Shown: positions 38,553 to 53,204, counted from the first letter of the whole stretch. The stretch: DNA of 63,487 nt, filler included, from Choristocarpus tenellus KU-1152 (GCA_964200185.2; 11 parts of 11 records of this genome joined end to end with filler, not necessarily neighbours in it); one strand, 5' to 3'. Program-made: numbers and translations. The notes: a model not told the origin generated them from the letters alone.

Positions 38553-39165
38553 TGTTACAGGCGAGTAGCGCAAGCATTTCTTCTCGTGTTCTAGCAAACC
38601 CAAGAATTTATTACAGGCGAATTGCGCGGGCATTTCTTTTTGTGTTCTAGCAATCACAAGCATTTGTTAGAGGTGAATAGCGCGAGCTTCCTTCTCGTGT
38701 TCTAACAAGCGCGAGCAGTATACGAGATTAGTAGCAAATAGGTAGCCTTACAGAATAAGGGCTGTTTCCTTAGAAGATGCAGAATAAGATTCTTAATGCA
38801 TATGTAACCTTACAGAAGAAACGCCAAAGTTCCTAGAAGTTGCAAAATAAAGGTTCATGATTGGAGTATGTATACAGCAGTTGCAGATATCACTTATTAT
38901 AGAAGTCCAAAGAAAGTGGGTGAATGATGAAAATAATAAAAAGAGCTTTTGGTCACAATCCATCACCCCTCTTTAAACAGACTTTGATCTTGAACGAAAC
39001 ATTGAGTCGAGCTTTGAGTGACGCACTGAGCGGAGTATCTAGACAAAGCTGTCTGATACCCCATAAAACTGTTACCAAGCAAGGGCAACCCCCATAGCAT
39101 CGTTTTAGGTCGTTGGGTTTAAGTTGTACATCCTGTGGAGGTGAGTTCTAGAGCGTGCTATAACG
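38553..39165 (+). mobile_element. Solo-LTR-like element, second copy
   Basis: TGTTACAG...CTATAACG with AAAG on both sides; colinear with 23017-23557. Confidence 0.78.
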
Positions 39166-39829
39166 AAAGTACAGTCAACGTAAAACGACTTCCTCCAATA
39201 GCACCCTTAATGAATTTTGCAACTTCAGAATGCTTTCCTTGTCACTGTACAACACAAGGAAACAACCCGACCGGTTCTTGACAGTGAAGGTGAGGGAAAA
39301 GACCTATAGGAGGCAAGAAAACTAAGGGAGAGAAGACAAGAGGGAGATTAATCCTTCAGAATATCACTCATCAAAGAGTTAACAAGTTGGAAGTGAATGA
39401 TTGCAAGGCTTCCTCAAACCACCCACTACTTACTTCAAGGAAGTGTTACCTTCAACATGCAAGAACAAATGTCAAATGGATATCACATTCTTCAAGTTAG
39501 GTTGCCTTCAAGGTACACCTTCTTTTTTGGAAGATGGCTCTCACAATGTTTTGATTTGCCTTGATCTCAAGCGGTTGATATATCAAAATAATCAACATGA
39601 TCAAATCATCTTTGCTTTCTGGTAAAGTCGTGCCAATAGCTTCACCCTTTAGAGCAATTCCCACAGGAATTATACATTATATGTATCAAATGAAAGCTTA
39701 CGGCAAGAGCGTTTGAAGGTTTGTATGCACGAATGTACAAACTTCGGTGAACGGGAACTATGCCTCGATCAACTAACGACAAAAACATGGAGGAACATCT
39801 ACGGCACAATTTTGACGGTCACAACTTCA

Positions 39830-41640
39830 AAAGGACAAGAAAGAAATGGTTGGCTGGACACCCCGCAATAAATTAACGCGGGTTAGGGTGCTCCCCAAGT
39901 ATGGCGTTGGTAGCAATATCAAGAAGAAAAAAAATGCCAACATTTTTTTAGCGACATTTGCAGACAGGCTTTGAGCACACAAACGGGCGACCCACACAGC
40001 AACATGAACCATAACGGTGAGACAAGTAGAGTCGCCGAGGCCACTCTGCCCCCTGGATCTACCCTCGGCACCTTCTCTGTGGAAAGACAACAGAAAAACA
40101 AGTATTGTTTGCCACTCAGGGTGATATTAGGTGACGAGAAAGTGCGTGTATATTGTAGCGCAGCAGCATGATCATATCGCCTAATGCATCACGAGGCCGC
40201 GACACTGACGCTGAGAGAAGATGCATGAAAAGCATTTCCACACAAATGTGGTTGGATCTTCAACCACTGCGGAGCACTGCTCCGGAGTCTTTGCTGCCTT
40301 GGGAAAGCATGAAGAGAGTGGCGAGCCCATCACCAGGTGGTACAGTGACGAAGTCTGTGGGGAAGCCTGGTCACGGCAGGCAAAGGTAGAGCCAGGGTGG
40401 TCACCCGAAGGGAAAATTGAGGAAGAGAGCAGTGCGACTGCGTGCCATTGCGCTCAGGAAACGCCTAAGCGAAAACTCAGGTGTATAAATATCTTAGTAG
40501 TCGACAGTTGCAGCAGGCCCTGGCTTTTTGGAAGCAGTGCAAGCCGAAGTGGCTTAAGGAAACGAGAAAGAAGGTGTTAGGTTGGGCTACAAGGGATCTG
40601 AAGTCCGACAGAAGGTCGAAAGGGCTCACAAGGTGGAGGAGAAAGTGATCGTAACAAAGGTAGCTGTGGAGACTTTTCGATACCACCAAACCCTTTACTT
40701 AGGTCGCGAAGCAGGTGGAGGTAGCCATCGACAAGGACACCAGGGAAGAAGAGGAGGTGAGATTGAGACTATATGTACACCGGTGGTCTGGTGTCTCCCA
40801 TGCCGTGCATTCACTTTTGTTCCTCGACTTGGGATTGGACGTATAAAGTTGATTATTATGACATTCTCCCCGTCTGCATTTATTCGATAAATGTTGTGAA
40901 AAGGGGGGACCGAAATGAAGGATGGGGGGAAGGGGGAGAGAAACATAACCCAAGCAAAAGCATGTTGCATATGTTTGGAGAGCATAGGGACTTCAAAGAG
41001 GTAGTTCCTAGTCTTTAGCTTTTTGTCGAGCGGTACGGAGGGGTATGCCTAATGCTCCCAAAGTATCACAGTGAGCTCAACCCCATTGAGCTTGTGTGGG
41101 TCGAGAAAAGCACTGGCTAGGACAGCATTGTACCTATTCTTTGGAAAGACTCCAGAAAAACGCTCCTCTGAGCTTGAAACCAGCTGAGGATAGGCAGACT
41201 GTTTGGCTTGTACAGACGTACTGCTTAAAGGCGTACACGCACCATCTTGTCTACTTCAAGACAGCTACCACAGGACTGGAAGCCGACAAGAGGTACAAGT
41301 CTCATTGTTGGCTAGCACTATCGGAATTCCTGGTGGTAGATGGAGACAAGACTTACATTTACATTTAGCATTCATTCCCTGGGTCGTTCGTTTGGCGTTT
41401 AGGGTTAGACCTAACCAAGTATACTTTTATCAAGTAATTGTACATCTGTTTCCACTCTTGGTGACCTACAATCCAGGGTTCGAACCCCAATATGAGTGCT
41501 CCTTCTATTAAAAAAAAAATGGAAACAAAATGAAGCCCATACTCTGGAGGGCCTTGTGACGGGCATCACGAATATGCATCTTTTTTTTAAATCCTATGTC
41601 TGCATCAAACGTTATGATGAGACAAACCAAGAGGCATAAG
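39830..41640 (+). mobile_element. Degenerate Tc1/mariner/IS630-superfamily DNA transposon
   Basis: Frameshifted transposase C-terminus HRDFKEVVPSL*LFVERYGGVCLMLPKYHSELNPIELVW/REKHWLGQHCTYSLERLQKNAPLSL...KRYKSH, carrying the LPKxHxELNPIExVW DDE signature. The 5' boundary is approximate. Confidence 0.8.
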
Positions 41641-44600
41641 CTATTGGTACCACTATTATGTCCTAACAACTCATTCGTACATATTCTATTTGTTTTGCTC
41701 ACGAATTCTGGATTATTATTCAACTATATTCTATGTTTGCATTCCACCCATTCCCCCCTTCCTCCTCATTATATCACCCCTTATCACCAACCAGTGCGAC
41801 CTCTTCGCCACTGATTTCCAGTCACCCCCCCTATCCGATGACTAATTCTTGCGACCCCTTTGGCCACTGGGTTCCAGTCACCACCTCACCCTTTAACCCC
41901 ACTCAACCCCCCACCAGATACCATTCCACTCAACTCCACCTGGCTCAAAGTATCTGGGAGGGGGTGACGGCTGTCCATTTGGNNNNNNNNNNNNNNNNNN
42001 NNNNNNNNNNNNNNNNNNNNNNNNNNTTAATTAATTAANNNNNNNNNNNNNNNNNNNNNNNNNNNNNNNNNNNNNNNNNNNNCTTCTTTCTTTCGCAAGA
42101 TGAGGCAAGTTGTCCGTGAAAGGGGGGGGCAGGGGGCAGGGGGGGGGCTCATTACGTTGGGGATGCCCGCCTTGAGTAATGGGTGATTGATGCATTGTTG
42201 CTATGCCCTCTCGCTGTTGAAGTTAACCCAGAATGCAAGGTGAAGTCTTCATTCTCTCACTTCTTTTCTTTTTCTGTTGAACATCGCCGGTGAGCTGAGA
42301 AACGACCCTCTTTAAATCCTTGGATGAACTTAGTGTTAGGGTTGGTACTGTAAAAGGACAATTCGGTTCTGTGCGTGATGTCGCAGAATTTTAGTGGTGC
42401 ACTTGAAACCTCCGTGAGGACTTTCATCCCTCTGTGAAACACCTTTTTTGCCAAGTAAACCCCTCCATGGGAATGAAGTGCTGTGAATGATTTTGATCCC
42501 CAGGCATACAATAGTCTTCGTTAGTTTAGGCTGGGATAGGAGAGCAGCAGGCACTTTGCTGTTTTCTAAGTATGAAACCCCGTTGCCATTGTTCTAACGG
42601 ACTAGTAGAGTCCTGTTGAAGTAAGTACTTGTGCTGTTTGGAATATGCTCTTGCGAACGTGTGCTATCACTTCTTTGACACCATTAAAAAAATAATAATA
42701 ATTAGGTTTAATTCTCTTGCTAGAGCCAGCTCCACAAGCAGCTCATGAAAGTTTTTGGTTAATCTTCACACAAGTCACACGAGTGCGAGTGCTGGCAACA
42801 GTTTTGTTACCATCCTCTCTTTCTCCCTCCTTTTCCCCTTTCCATCCCATACACCACTTTTTTTGGTTGGAATGCGGAAATACACAAAGGGCATCCTGCA
42901 GGTTGACTGTCAACGCCTGTCAATATTCAATCCAGCTTGAGTTGATGTAGTTCTTTTGTTGGTGTTGTAACCCATTTCGTGAGCCGACTTAGCTTGCATA
43001 CTCTATACCCACCATACAGTATTCCCAAGGATTTATTTTAAGGGGGAAGGAAGAGAAACGTGAGGACGCCTTCCCCAGGCGATGTCATCCTTGGACAGGT
43101 TCAGCGAATTGCGCCGTAGACTTTCTTGGGGGGGGGGTTGCAGTACGATTCAACCAATAGCATTGATTCTTGACAACATACATGCATCAATCGCTTGTGG
43201 CAGTTGGGGGAAGGGGGGGGAACGCATATTGTGATACCAACTCCGCCGGTTGTCAATTTCCAACTCGTCCAACAAACAAGAAATTTTAACAGTACCCGGC
43301 AGCCCACCAGACTATGTACTTACATTTAGGGCATTGCTTAGGAGGTGGGTAGGTGTTTGCTGACATGGCTGCTGTGTAAGTACCCTGTTAAGTAGGGGTC
43401 AGTGATATTTCTGCGAGGAGCATGCATGGCATGAGATGCCTCAAGTGTGTTGCCATACCTTTTATTGTTCTGTCTAGTACCCTATCTTTGTGTTGGGTTG
43501 CAGATATCCCACAGGTTGGGACTAGGAGGACAACAACAGGGTCATCTCGGCCTTTTGTTGGTTGCATGAGTGGAATGATCTGATTTGTCAATACTTTTGC
43601 TACTGCTACTACTACTGTGTTTTGAGGGGCCTGTTTCCCCCTCCATACTTAACTTTTTTTCCCTTCACAGATCTTGGAGTGACAAGACACTTTGTGTTTG
43701 TTTTTAATTTAACAAAGTAAAGCAATTCTACAATATATATATATATACATATTTATTTATTTTTTATTACGTGCTCCCTTTGTCCTCTTGTCTGCTCTTA
43801 TGCTCGCAGGAGGCATGGTCCTCTGTGATGAGGGTTAGGGTTATCATCATGGAACCGAAATTCTTCTGTCCTAACAGAAACATTGGTACGACCACTGGCA
43901 ACCAAAACTCTTGTCTGAAATTTAGCCCTTCAACCTCTGCAATCAGTGATGAATTGATTTGTAACAATTACATCCCACCCCATGATTGGTACTCCTGAAA
44001 CGGTATACAGGTGCTGGCTGCTCGGAGCAGTGCTGGAGGCATTGCTCTCCTCAGTCAGATGGGAAAATAGCGATCTATGGGATGTGGATCATTTTCATCC
44101 CTGTGACCTGCCTCAGTTCCCAGGCTTAATATTTGACGTTATGGGACAGATTTGGTTATCATCACCCTCTTAGAAGCAGCTATTTAGAGGTAGCTCTAGT
44201 CCCTACAGGGTGGTGTTATAGTGCTCCACATGTAAGGTACAAGTGCTAGTAGCTATCCTTATCTGGTGTTGAATATTTGGAAGTATCTGTAGAGTAGAGA
44301 GTATAGCGCTGTCTCTGCTGTGTGGAAGAGGAACTATTTTTTTCTTTTGTGGTTGAATGCGTTGAAGTAGGCATCTTATAAAAAATAAACACTTGAGTAC
44401 AGATTAGAACCATTGTGCTTAGTTTCACAAGGCAACTGTTGAACAGTGAACAAGTGCACTTTTCTGGGGGGGGTTTCATGATTTTCGAGCATTAGTTTTT
44501 ACTTAAATGGAGAGCTTGCTACTCTTGGTCATGTAATTAAAATAAAAGATAGAATGATGTGTATGTACAACAAACAAAAAAGCGTTAAAAGGACTGTCAA

Positions 44601-47600
44601 CTTTTGATGTGGTGATTCTTGTTGCTGTATTCATTGTGTATGCAAAATGTCACGGAAGGATAACAAGCCTGCGCAGGACTTTTTTCAAATCCATATTCAT
44701 GGGTAAAAGGGGAATTCAAATCGCAAAGAACAATTTTAGATTTTTTCATTGGCTTTGGGTATGGAAAAAAAATTATTAAAAAAAAAGAAGAAAGTAACTG
44801 GATGGAGTGTCACCATCTTTCTATTCTACACAACGATAATATGATAACTGACGTGGGAAAAGGGCAACACCAGTATTGGTCGTAAATTGGAACGGGGGAT
44901 AGAATTCTTAGCCTGTTTGTTTCCCTTGTTGTGTACCCTCTGCAAGTTGACCTGGTTTGCAGTGTTGGGCAAGTTGAAAGGTCGTAGGATTAGAATGATT
45001 TGGATACGGTTGTTCAGTTTTGAACATCAGTCCTGGTTGGTGTATTTTGTCACACACCTAGGTAGGGACAACCCATTCCAGCAACTCCCTATGAAATGTA
45101 ACTGTCGTACCCTTGCCAGGAGACAAGTGCAACAGCCAGCCCTCTCCCTCAACTTTGTACCCAATGCCTTGCACAATACATGGTTCTATTCTTGTTCTGA
45201 AATAAGAATATTCGGTCATTGGCACATGTCTTGTCTCCATGATGAGAGGTGAATGTAGCACTTTAGAGTACCATGATAATCGATGCATGCACAATACCAT
45301 GGAGTACATTGAAGTATGAAGTTGATGGTGCACTGGGAGCATGAGGTGGTTGATGAAAGGAAACATGCTGTGGAGTATACATTATGCCCAAGGGACCCTA
45401 ACAGGTGAAGACAGGAATCAATCCCAAGAATTATGGTTGATATATTGAACAACTAAGATGAGTAATTTATAGGTCGAGTGTATCATCATATTGGGTTAAA
45501 ACAATACATGTGACAAGCACAGCTCTCTATTGGAGGACACGCTTTTAATACATTTCACTTTATTTTATAGTGTAAATGCATCAAACTTGTTATTGTTAAC
45601 TTTGACCTGAATGCGACTAAACTGCAAGTAATCATTTCTTTAATGCAAAAGACATCAGCCTTGTTGTCAACCTTGTAACATTAATCATGACTTTATCTTT
45701 TGTAGTCTGTTAGTGGTCTTTATGATACTTAAAAGATAATGATCATAGTCTCTGCACTAGGACTAGTCCGTTGTCTCTACATCATGGAGTGCTGCGTAAA
45801 TAGGCAAGAGGTGTCAAGATGCCATTCCTTATACCCACAGGGCCATCTGCAGTCAGTCTTCACATTCATGGGTCTATTTACGTATATTGTAGTAACTAAT
45901 AATGTGCCAGAGTGTTCTCAATACAAGACATTAGCTAGTCATGAACCTGCTTCTTCTACTGTGGGGACACTTTGCGTAAGAAGCCCAATCAACAACATAC
46001 CATCCAGGATGTAGGATGTATGGGTGACTAACTCAATTGGTTCATAATGTGTCACCACCTCTATGCCATGCAGCGTACAGTGTTGATTGGCACTCACTCA
46101 CACATAGTATGTTATCAAGATGTTACATACCACATATTAGTAATATATTTTAGAAATATTTTAGTAGTAAATGGTGTTGATGGCTTGGTGAGTACATTTT
46201 ATTGAGATAGGATACTTAAATGTGTTTTATTTTCTCACTTCCATAATATGGTCAGAACTAGTGCAGTACTACCAACCAAGTATCACACTCATCTGGATAT
46301 GAATATCCAGGAAGAATGAATCATGGTGGGTGAAGTCAGTACAGACCAACTTGTAATGTCGCACCTTCATTCCCTTGTCTTCCGACATCACCCAATAGTA
46401 GGTCACCAGATTGGCAGGAAAGATCCATGCATCACTACATACACATATTGGACATTTGGTCACACTTCGTCCCTCTAATCACTAACGGCACACCTAGCGT
46501 GTGGGACGCGGAAGGTATTGGGCAAAGGAAAACAATGGTTATGTGACGGATAGGTTCTGTTTGGAGCTGATTTTGGTCCGATTCGTTTCAGCATGCGCAC
46601 ACAAATGTAGGGCGCTCTCGTAACGTTCAAAGGAACATCAAACAAAAAGAGGTTAGGAGAATTCCCGAAATAGTTCAGTTGACGGTCACAACAATGTGAT
46701 GTCTAGCCATCGAACTCGAGATTCAGATCATATTAATCCCACAGCTTTAATGGTTTCTGTGATGTTCCTGGGGTTTGTTGAAGTAAACCCCCCTGACACA
46801 CTGGTGTTCCATCACAGTGAAGGACCGATTGGCCCCTGCCTTGTTTATTGGTACTCATACTGGGTCTCGAACCCAGGACTTTGGCTCTAATATTGCTGTT
46901 AACCCCTTCAAACCGATTTGACCCTTTTCAACTGGTCCTGTCTCCGAAAACACGAACCGATTGCACAGAGTACATAAATACCATTTTTTAGTTGTGTTGT
47001 CTTTCTGACCACAGCATTTAGGAAGGTATATGTTGCTTTCTTCTCCTTCATGCATCTATCAATTGTTTTTCTTTCCTTCGAGCATCACTGCAACATACTT
47101 CGAACTGATGCATGAAAATTGTCGATCAATCATCAATCAATGGAAATGACCCTGTTTTTACATTACCATACCCTCAATCACATTGCAAAGAGTTACGCCA
47201 TCTATCCACTATTCCATGGAGTTACTCTCAGGAACCGTTGTGGTTACTTGACTTGGTTTGCGCTTGATGTTCTCAGTGACCGATGTTCGTTAGCGATCTG
47301 ACATTGTTCACTTCTCTGCTCACACTTGTTGTTCCCAGTTTAAGAGGTCCCTTGCGACGAACAAGAAAGAGTATTTTTTGTCAATTCTATGAAGGAAACC
47401 ACTTTGCAACCTACTTCCTGCCACTCAACATGGACAACGTGAGGAGGATGTCCTTGAAAGTCTATGTGGTGCAATTGGGAAAGGGATTCCCTTTGTTGGA
47501 CCTCCTGGAATGCGGAAGATGTTGGTGGTTGGACCCGTGGGATCCAAGCAACGAAGGTGGAAGTGTATCCCGACTCCTTTGGAGGTTAGTGAGAGGCAGC

Positions 47601-49235
47601 AGATGTAGTTTGTGTGCAGCCTCTTGCATATGTTGGGGGAGGAATATTATAAACTTGCACCATTAGGTTGATTGGCCGGCCCCCTTCTGCCAACGTTTTT
47701 TACTCTTTGACACGCTTTCTTGTCTAATCCATGTCGTTCACTACCCCTGATCCTCAACATATTCATCCTGATGGTAAAAGGAAATGATTAGTGTCGTCCA
47801 AATTGCTACTGCTTTTTGTATTTGTTGGCACATGCTGTGCCTCTCTCAACCAAGGATTGAGGAGGGACATCCAAAAGATGAAGTCTTTGCGCATATACAC
47901 CTAGAGAAAGCAAAAGAGTGACAAGTATGCTGGTCTCATTTTCAAGAAGGCAATGAAATGTATGGAGGGTGGAACATACACAAACATTACCATGGATTAT
48001 GACTCGTGCCAATCTGTAGGGAAGAAAGTCTTCATCTGGAAGTACTGCATGGGTTTGACTGTTGAGTCCACATACACGCAACATCTTCCTAGCAAAAAGC
48101 ACTTTCCTCCTCAATTACGCTCTAAGTGCTCAAGAGGTTCAGTGGGTATGTCAATGATGACAGCGAGAAGGATATCACAAGGGTATCACAGACATAGCCC
48201 ACAAGACCGCTAGGTGGTTATGGTGAAGGTTCAGTGCACTGTGGACAGAAGTGGTGTCAAGATGAACTTTCTGTAGGAGATGACTCTGGGAGGGTTCCAA
48301 TCACGGATCAAGGGGGTTCCTTCAAGGCTGGCAGTTGAACGGACCAGCAAGTCATTGGGCCACAACCAATCCTGCAAATAGTAGTAGTGTTGTTCAAATG
48401 GCCGTGGGTGAAGCATCCTACCTTACCCTTCTATCAATAATACTAGATGCAGGTGATACCTTTCCATCTTTGCTATTGTTCGACTAGAAATATATTTTTT
48501 TATCGAGATCTTCTTGGAAGAACTGTTAATTGGTGGTTTTTCGCGTTGGCATAGGTATAACAAACCTTCCCAGGGTCTGCAGAGGTAAGAAATATGTGTT
48601 GTGCTCCACGTATGACGACTGGAAGATGCCTTCAGTGTATCTGAAATCCCCTCTTTGGATATTCTGCTACTCATCGCCTTCTATGATATGATACTGACCT
48701 TGACCTATCACGTCTCCTGTGGGTCTTCCCCCTCCCCTTCAGTCTGAAGAACCTGTCGACTTGTTTCCATCTGTTTCACATCAAGTGTAAAAAAAGTTTT
48801 TTGGGGTTCGGATCAAAATGTAGGTTACAAAATGCAACACTCTTCATTAAACATTAAGCTATGAGGACAACTCCCTTTTTGAAATTTACTTTGATCGCGC
48901 GTCTCCAGTCTCAACAACACTCCGTTTTTGTTTCTTGTATAAAAACAACCAATAACACTCCGTTTTTTCAAACCTGTTTAGTCCATCCTCTGTCCATGAG
49001 GCTGCATGCCATAGCTTATGGAGGAAGGCAATCCTTGAGCAATAGAGGATTCGCATTAGTGCACCCATCAGGATTGAAGGCGATTTGTTGCGTCTCACTC
49101 TTCCATTTGCCGAAGTACAAAGTCCGGTTTTCTTTTGAGGACTATTGGGTGGAGGATCGTTTGAAATCTGGGACAGTAGCAACAGACACCCAACTCATCC
49201 GCAAAACGAACAAACGACACAATTAGCGCGTCATC

Positions 49236-51804
49236 ATGCAGGAGCCTGAACTTCATACCCCCGCCACAGTGAAGCCGTTACCTGATTGTGTTCCATCCGA
49301 GTCGTTGGACGAAGCTGCCGCAGCGGAAGAAGGGTTGACCACGCCGACACGAACGGCGTTGACCTCTAAGCACGTCTCCCCAGAGTCCAGTCAAGTGAAC
49401 AGCGAGGGGCGTCTATCTAACATGAAGAGTCGCCATGCCATTCTGGAGCAGGTAGAGATCGATACCAACTGTAGAGAATTGTCGTTATCTGACAACTGTG
49501 CAAGAGGGTATTGTAACTTGGATCATGGCAACCATACTCAACGTTTCTTTTCTTACCAATTTGATTAGTTGTTCAAGTTATTATTGACTGGGGCGGTGAT
49601 CGAGATCCAACTAAGCAATACATTATCGCATTAAACTGAACTACCCTTTCATCCCTTTGTACCAATTGGCAGCACACTGGAAACATGCAAGGAGAACTAG
49701 TGATCGTTACCATTTGTCCATTGGTAACGTTTTCTGTATGACGAATCTTGTCATCGTAGTAACCCCCTGTCGTATTGCCCCCCCTTAGGAGCTACGACGG
49801 TTAGCCATGATTTGTAGTAAGCGCTACTGTGAATGTGTATATGGTACCTTGGGTCAGATTGAACTCGCCTTGGGCCCCTTTTTTCCGTTGACCAACCAAT
49901 CTTGTTTCTCTACTTGACAAAACAAATGCGTGCAGAGACGACTGGAGCAGGAGAAAAAGCAAAAAGACGAGGCGGAGAAGGCAGCGGCGAAGCTTGCTCA
50001 GCGCAAGGTGGCGTTTCCTTTTTGATCTCCCACCCCCCACACTCAAACCCCGTTTGCAACATTTTAGCAAAACCTACGAAGCTCTGTGTATCACTCGTGC
50101 TGTGCCGGTGATTTTCGGTCACTTATGAGGGGGGTATTAGTTCCTGGGGTAGTTAGTTCGTTGAAAGAGTCTCCGTGCAGGTGCAAACGAGAAGCCTAAC
50201 ATAAACACATTGTATAATGTACCGTAATCCTTCAAAGCTCTACTGCATGGTGAGCAATAATCTCTAGTTGAACATCTGGACCGAGCAACGCATATCAAGG
50301 AAGAGCCCAAACCATTGCATTGTCAGTAGCTATGTAGGTATTAACAAATGGTAGGACCCCCTCTTTCACGTAAACAGTAGCCCAGGGCCCCCAGTACATC
50401 ACGCAAGGCAGAGGATAACTCAATGCAATCGCACCAGTAGTCAAAGCAATTTAGTCTCACCCCTCCCACGCTCCTATCTTGGAAAATGTTGATTGGTCAG
50501 TGTTGCAAGGTACTGTGACTGATATCCTTTCAGTGAACACATTCTGAGGTTTCCAAAAATTTTTCCGTTGAGGAGCCTAGCCACTACGTCTACCCACCCC
50601 CCGCCCCCTCCCCCGCGGATCTCTTGCTGCCCTCCCCTTTCCTGTGTATGGTTATTAACAGGCGAGATCAGCAGCTAAGAAGAAGGAGCAGAAGAGGAGA
50701 ATCATGGAGGAGACCAAGGCTAAGGAGAAGGAGCAACAGTGAGTTACTTGTGCCTCCCCTCCCCCACCGCTTCCCATACACTTTGCACATTAAAGATTAA
50801 GCTGTGATGAGGTGATGGTGAGCAAGGTGGTGATGATTCAGTGATGATCTAAGTAAGGTAGTTCCATTGTTGCAAGATTTGGAAAAAACGAGGGGGGATA
50901 GCACTAACTCCTGTTACCTGAACCATGCAACGCCTGAATGGCGAGAAGATGTGAACTACTGAGGTGAAGATGCGATGATGTTTGTTGGTATGCATTGCCT
51001 CACCCGCTGCTCAGTCTTGAAGTGGTCTACTCTGCTTGGTATGATTTGGACAGGAACAGGGTATAGTCACCTCAAGAGGTCAGGCAGAGTGTGTGCTACA
51101 ATGATAATGAGTGTTGATGATGAAAGTTTGTGTGCGATTTTTTCATCCTCCGAAGCTCTCATGCAGGATTTCCCCATGCGAGCATGCCTGCTGCAACGGA
51201 CTATGCAATAGACAGTACTTGGAACCTCAAGATGTCCCAATGGATATGTTACAGTACGATCTACACCTCCTCTTGGATTCTCCAACTAGCTTTGCTCACC
51301 CCACCTAACTGTTGCTGACAATCAAGAACAATGGGTCGGCCTTCCTCCTAATATCCAGTCAGGCTTACGAGGTGGTTTCCGGTTTTTAGATGCTGATAAG
51401 ATGACTTGAGATGACAATTTTCTATCCCTTCCTTGTTGCACTCCTTTTTAATCATTTTCTCCTCTTCTGGTATTCATCATGCCATAGCATTGCACTTTCT
51501 TGGCATTGAGGTATTCCTAATCGTGTCCCCCACCCCCCACCCCCCACCCACCCTATCTTAATTTATTTCTTTGTACAGGCGACTGAAGGCTCATCGTGAG
51601 AAAGTCAATCGAGAGAAGAAAGAGAAGGAACAGAAGCGACTCCTTGATGTTATTCATTCTCAGGCACTCACCTCCTCTGCCACAGATCTAGCTGGAGTTG
51701 GTAGTGGTGGCAGTGGTGGTTGGGAGAATGGGGTCAGTGGAATCGGAAGAGGAGACCTGGCAGGGGGACTTGGAAAAGCAGGAGGTCTTGATCAGGCAAG
51801 ATGA
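49236..51804 (+). CDS. Small Lys/Glu/Arg-rich coiled-coil protein (~196 aa, 4 exons)
   Basis: Exons 49236-49451, 49936-50007, 50662-50738 and 51579-51804 have canonical GT-AG sites and compatible phases (591 nt). Spliced product: ...HAILEQ|RRLEQEKKQKDEAEKAAAKLAQRK|ARSAAKKKEQKRRIMEETKAKEKEQ|QRLKAHREKVNREKKEKEQKRLLDV...DQAR*. Confidence 0.75.
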
Positions 51805-52562
51805 GAGAATGGGGACATGATGCTGACAGAGCAATCAAGTAAAAGATACATGCATGTATGTATGTATATATATGTACACATAAATTTCCTTTTTTGTGGG
51901 CCCGCTATTAAATTATAGTGTTAGTCATATTGACAGTTACAAGTCTGTTTCAGTTGTCTGTTTGCATGCGATGGTGTCATGTTCAGACCATGTATGTTTT
52001 GTTTTTTTGTCCAAGTCTGTCACAGAACACACACACACACACACATTTGTTTTGATTGTGTCATTTTTTTATTTATTTCAAGTATTGTGCTTTTGCTTTT
52101 CCACTGACCACCTTTTGACAACAGGCTTGAGATCCCTCAGAAAAACTTTGTAGACAACGTATGTATATATGTAACTGCAATGTGGACATATTTGTAACTG
52201 CATTGTCAATATATTTGTAACTGTAGTATGAACATATTTGTAATTGTAATGTAATATACTTGTAACTGTAATGTCAACATATTTGTAATAAAATATCAGC
52301 AAGATAAGTGCAAGCACAAGAGTCCTCTATTTGTTCTACCCACGATGCCGGCGTTGCATGTAGTGAGGCGTGTGCCAACCAAAGATCACGATTTTCTATA
52401 ATCTCACCCTTCCTGCATCTCTTTTTCTCACACAATTTTCCTAAGAATGTACCGTTGTACTCCATTCTCTGCACTGATCTTGTTGGGTAGTACTCAGTAT
52501 GTACTGTTTGAAGAGTTAGTTTTGGTTCAAGAGTTAGTTTTGGTTCTGTGGGTGTTACGGCG

Positions 52563-52719
52563 CAACTATTGAAAATACACATTATTGTTATAAATATATG
52601 TGGGATTATTGTTACAACTATTGAAAATACACATTATTGTTATAAATATATGTGGAATTATTGTTACAACTATTGAAAATACACATTATTGTTATAAATA
52701 TATGTGGAATTATTGTTAT
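52563..52719. repeat. 52-bp AT-rich tandem repeat x3
   Basis: CAACTATTGAAAATACACATTATTGTTATAAATATATGTGGRATTATTGTTA x3; neighbouring 18-bp x2 (52510-52546) and 22-bp x~3 (52907-52965) repeats. Confidence 0.9.
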
Positions 52720-53204
52720 CATTTGGAGTAAATTCATAGTGTCGTATCTCTCTCTCTCTCTCTCTCTATCGATGACTGTTAATGAATTATTTATTGTTAT
52801 TTATATATTTATTGTTATTTTTATATTTTACAACACTGATTGGGGGATGGTGGCATCTGCCATTGAATCTTTTCATTTTCACTCCATGGTTAAGTAAGGG
52901 TGTTGTGGTCTATGATGTAAATAGTCTTGGTCTATGATGTAAATAGTCTTGGTCTATGATGTAAATGGACTTTGTCCATTCTTTCTTTTTTTTTGCGGCA
53001 ATTCAACTTTTTTATTTTTATTTTGTTGCTTGTTGTGTGCTTTGGAAGTGGGGGGAAAGGAAAATGCCTCTTGTGTGGAGGGTTATGACTATCCTTGACC
53101 TCCTCCCCCCCCCCCCAGATACTTTGAGCCTACTATCAGATATGTTGATCAGCGCCAAGAACTTGTTTCAAGTATATTGTTGGATTCTCTTCAAACAAAA
53201 ATAG

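Noticed and set aside
38553-38720. Regularly spaced ~23-bp repeats resembling a mini-CRISPR
   Set aside because: The intervening sequences are similar to one another, so these are tandem units inside an LTR-like element.
41415-41505. Functional tRNA gene
   Set aside because: B-box is present, but the D and anticodon arms do not form a convincing cloverleaf and the T-stem is broken; kept only as a tRNA-like module.
42083-48800. Many short Cys/His-containing ORFs, possibly a KDZ or other transposase
   Set aside because: No continuous frame, splice pattern or diagnostic motif that I can support; left unannotated.
48861-49226. 121-aa ORF in frame with the downstream gene (possible stop read-through)
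   Set aside because: Composition is unlike the downstream protein and there is no read-through signal; more likely 5' UTR/promoter sequence.
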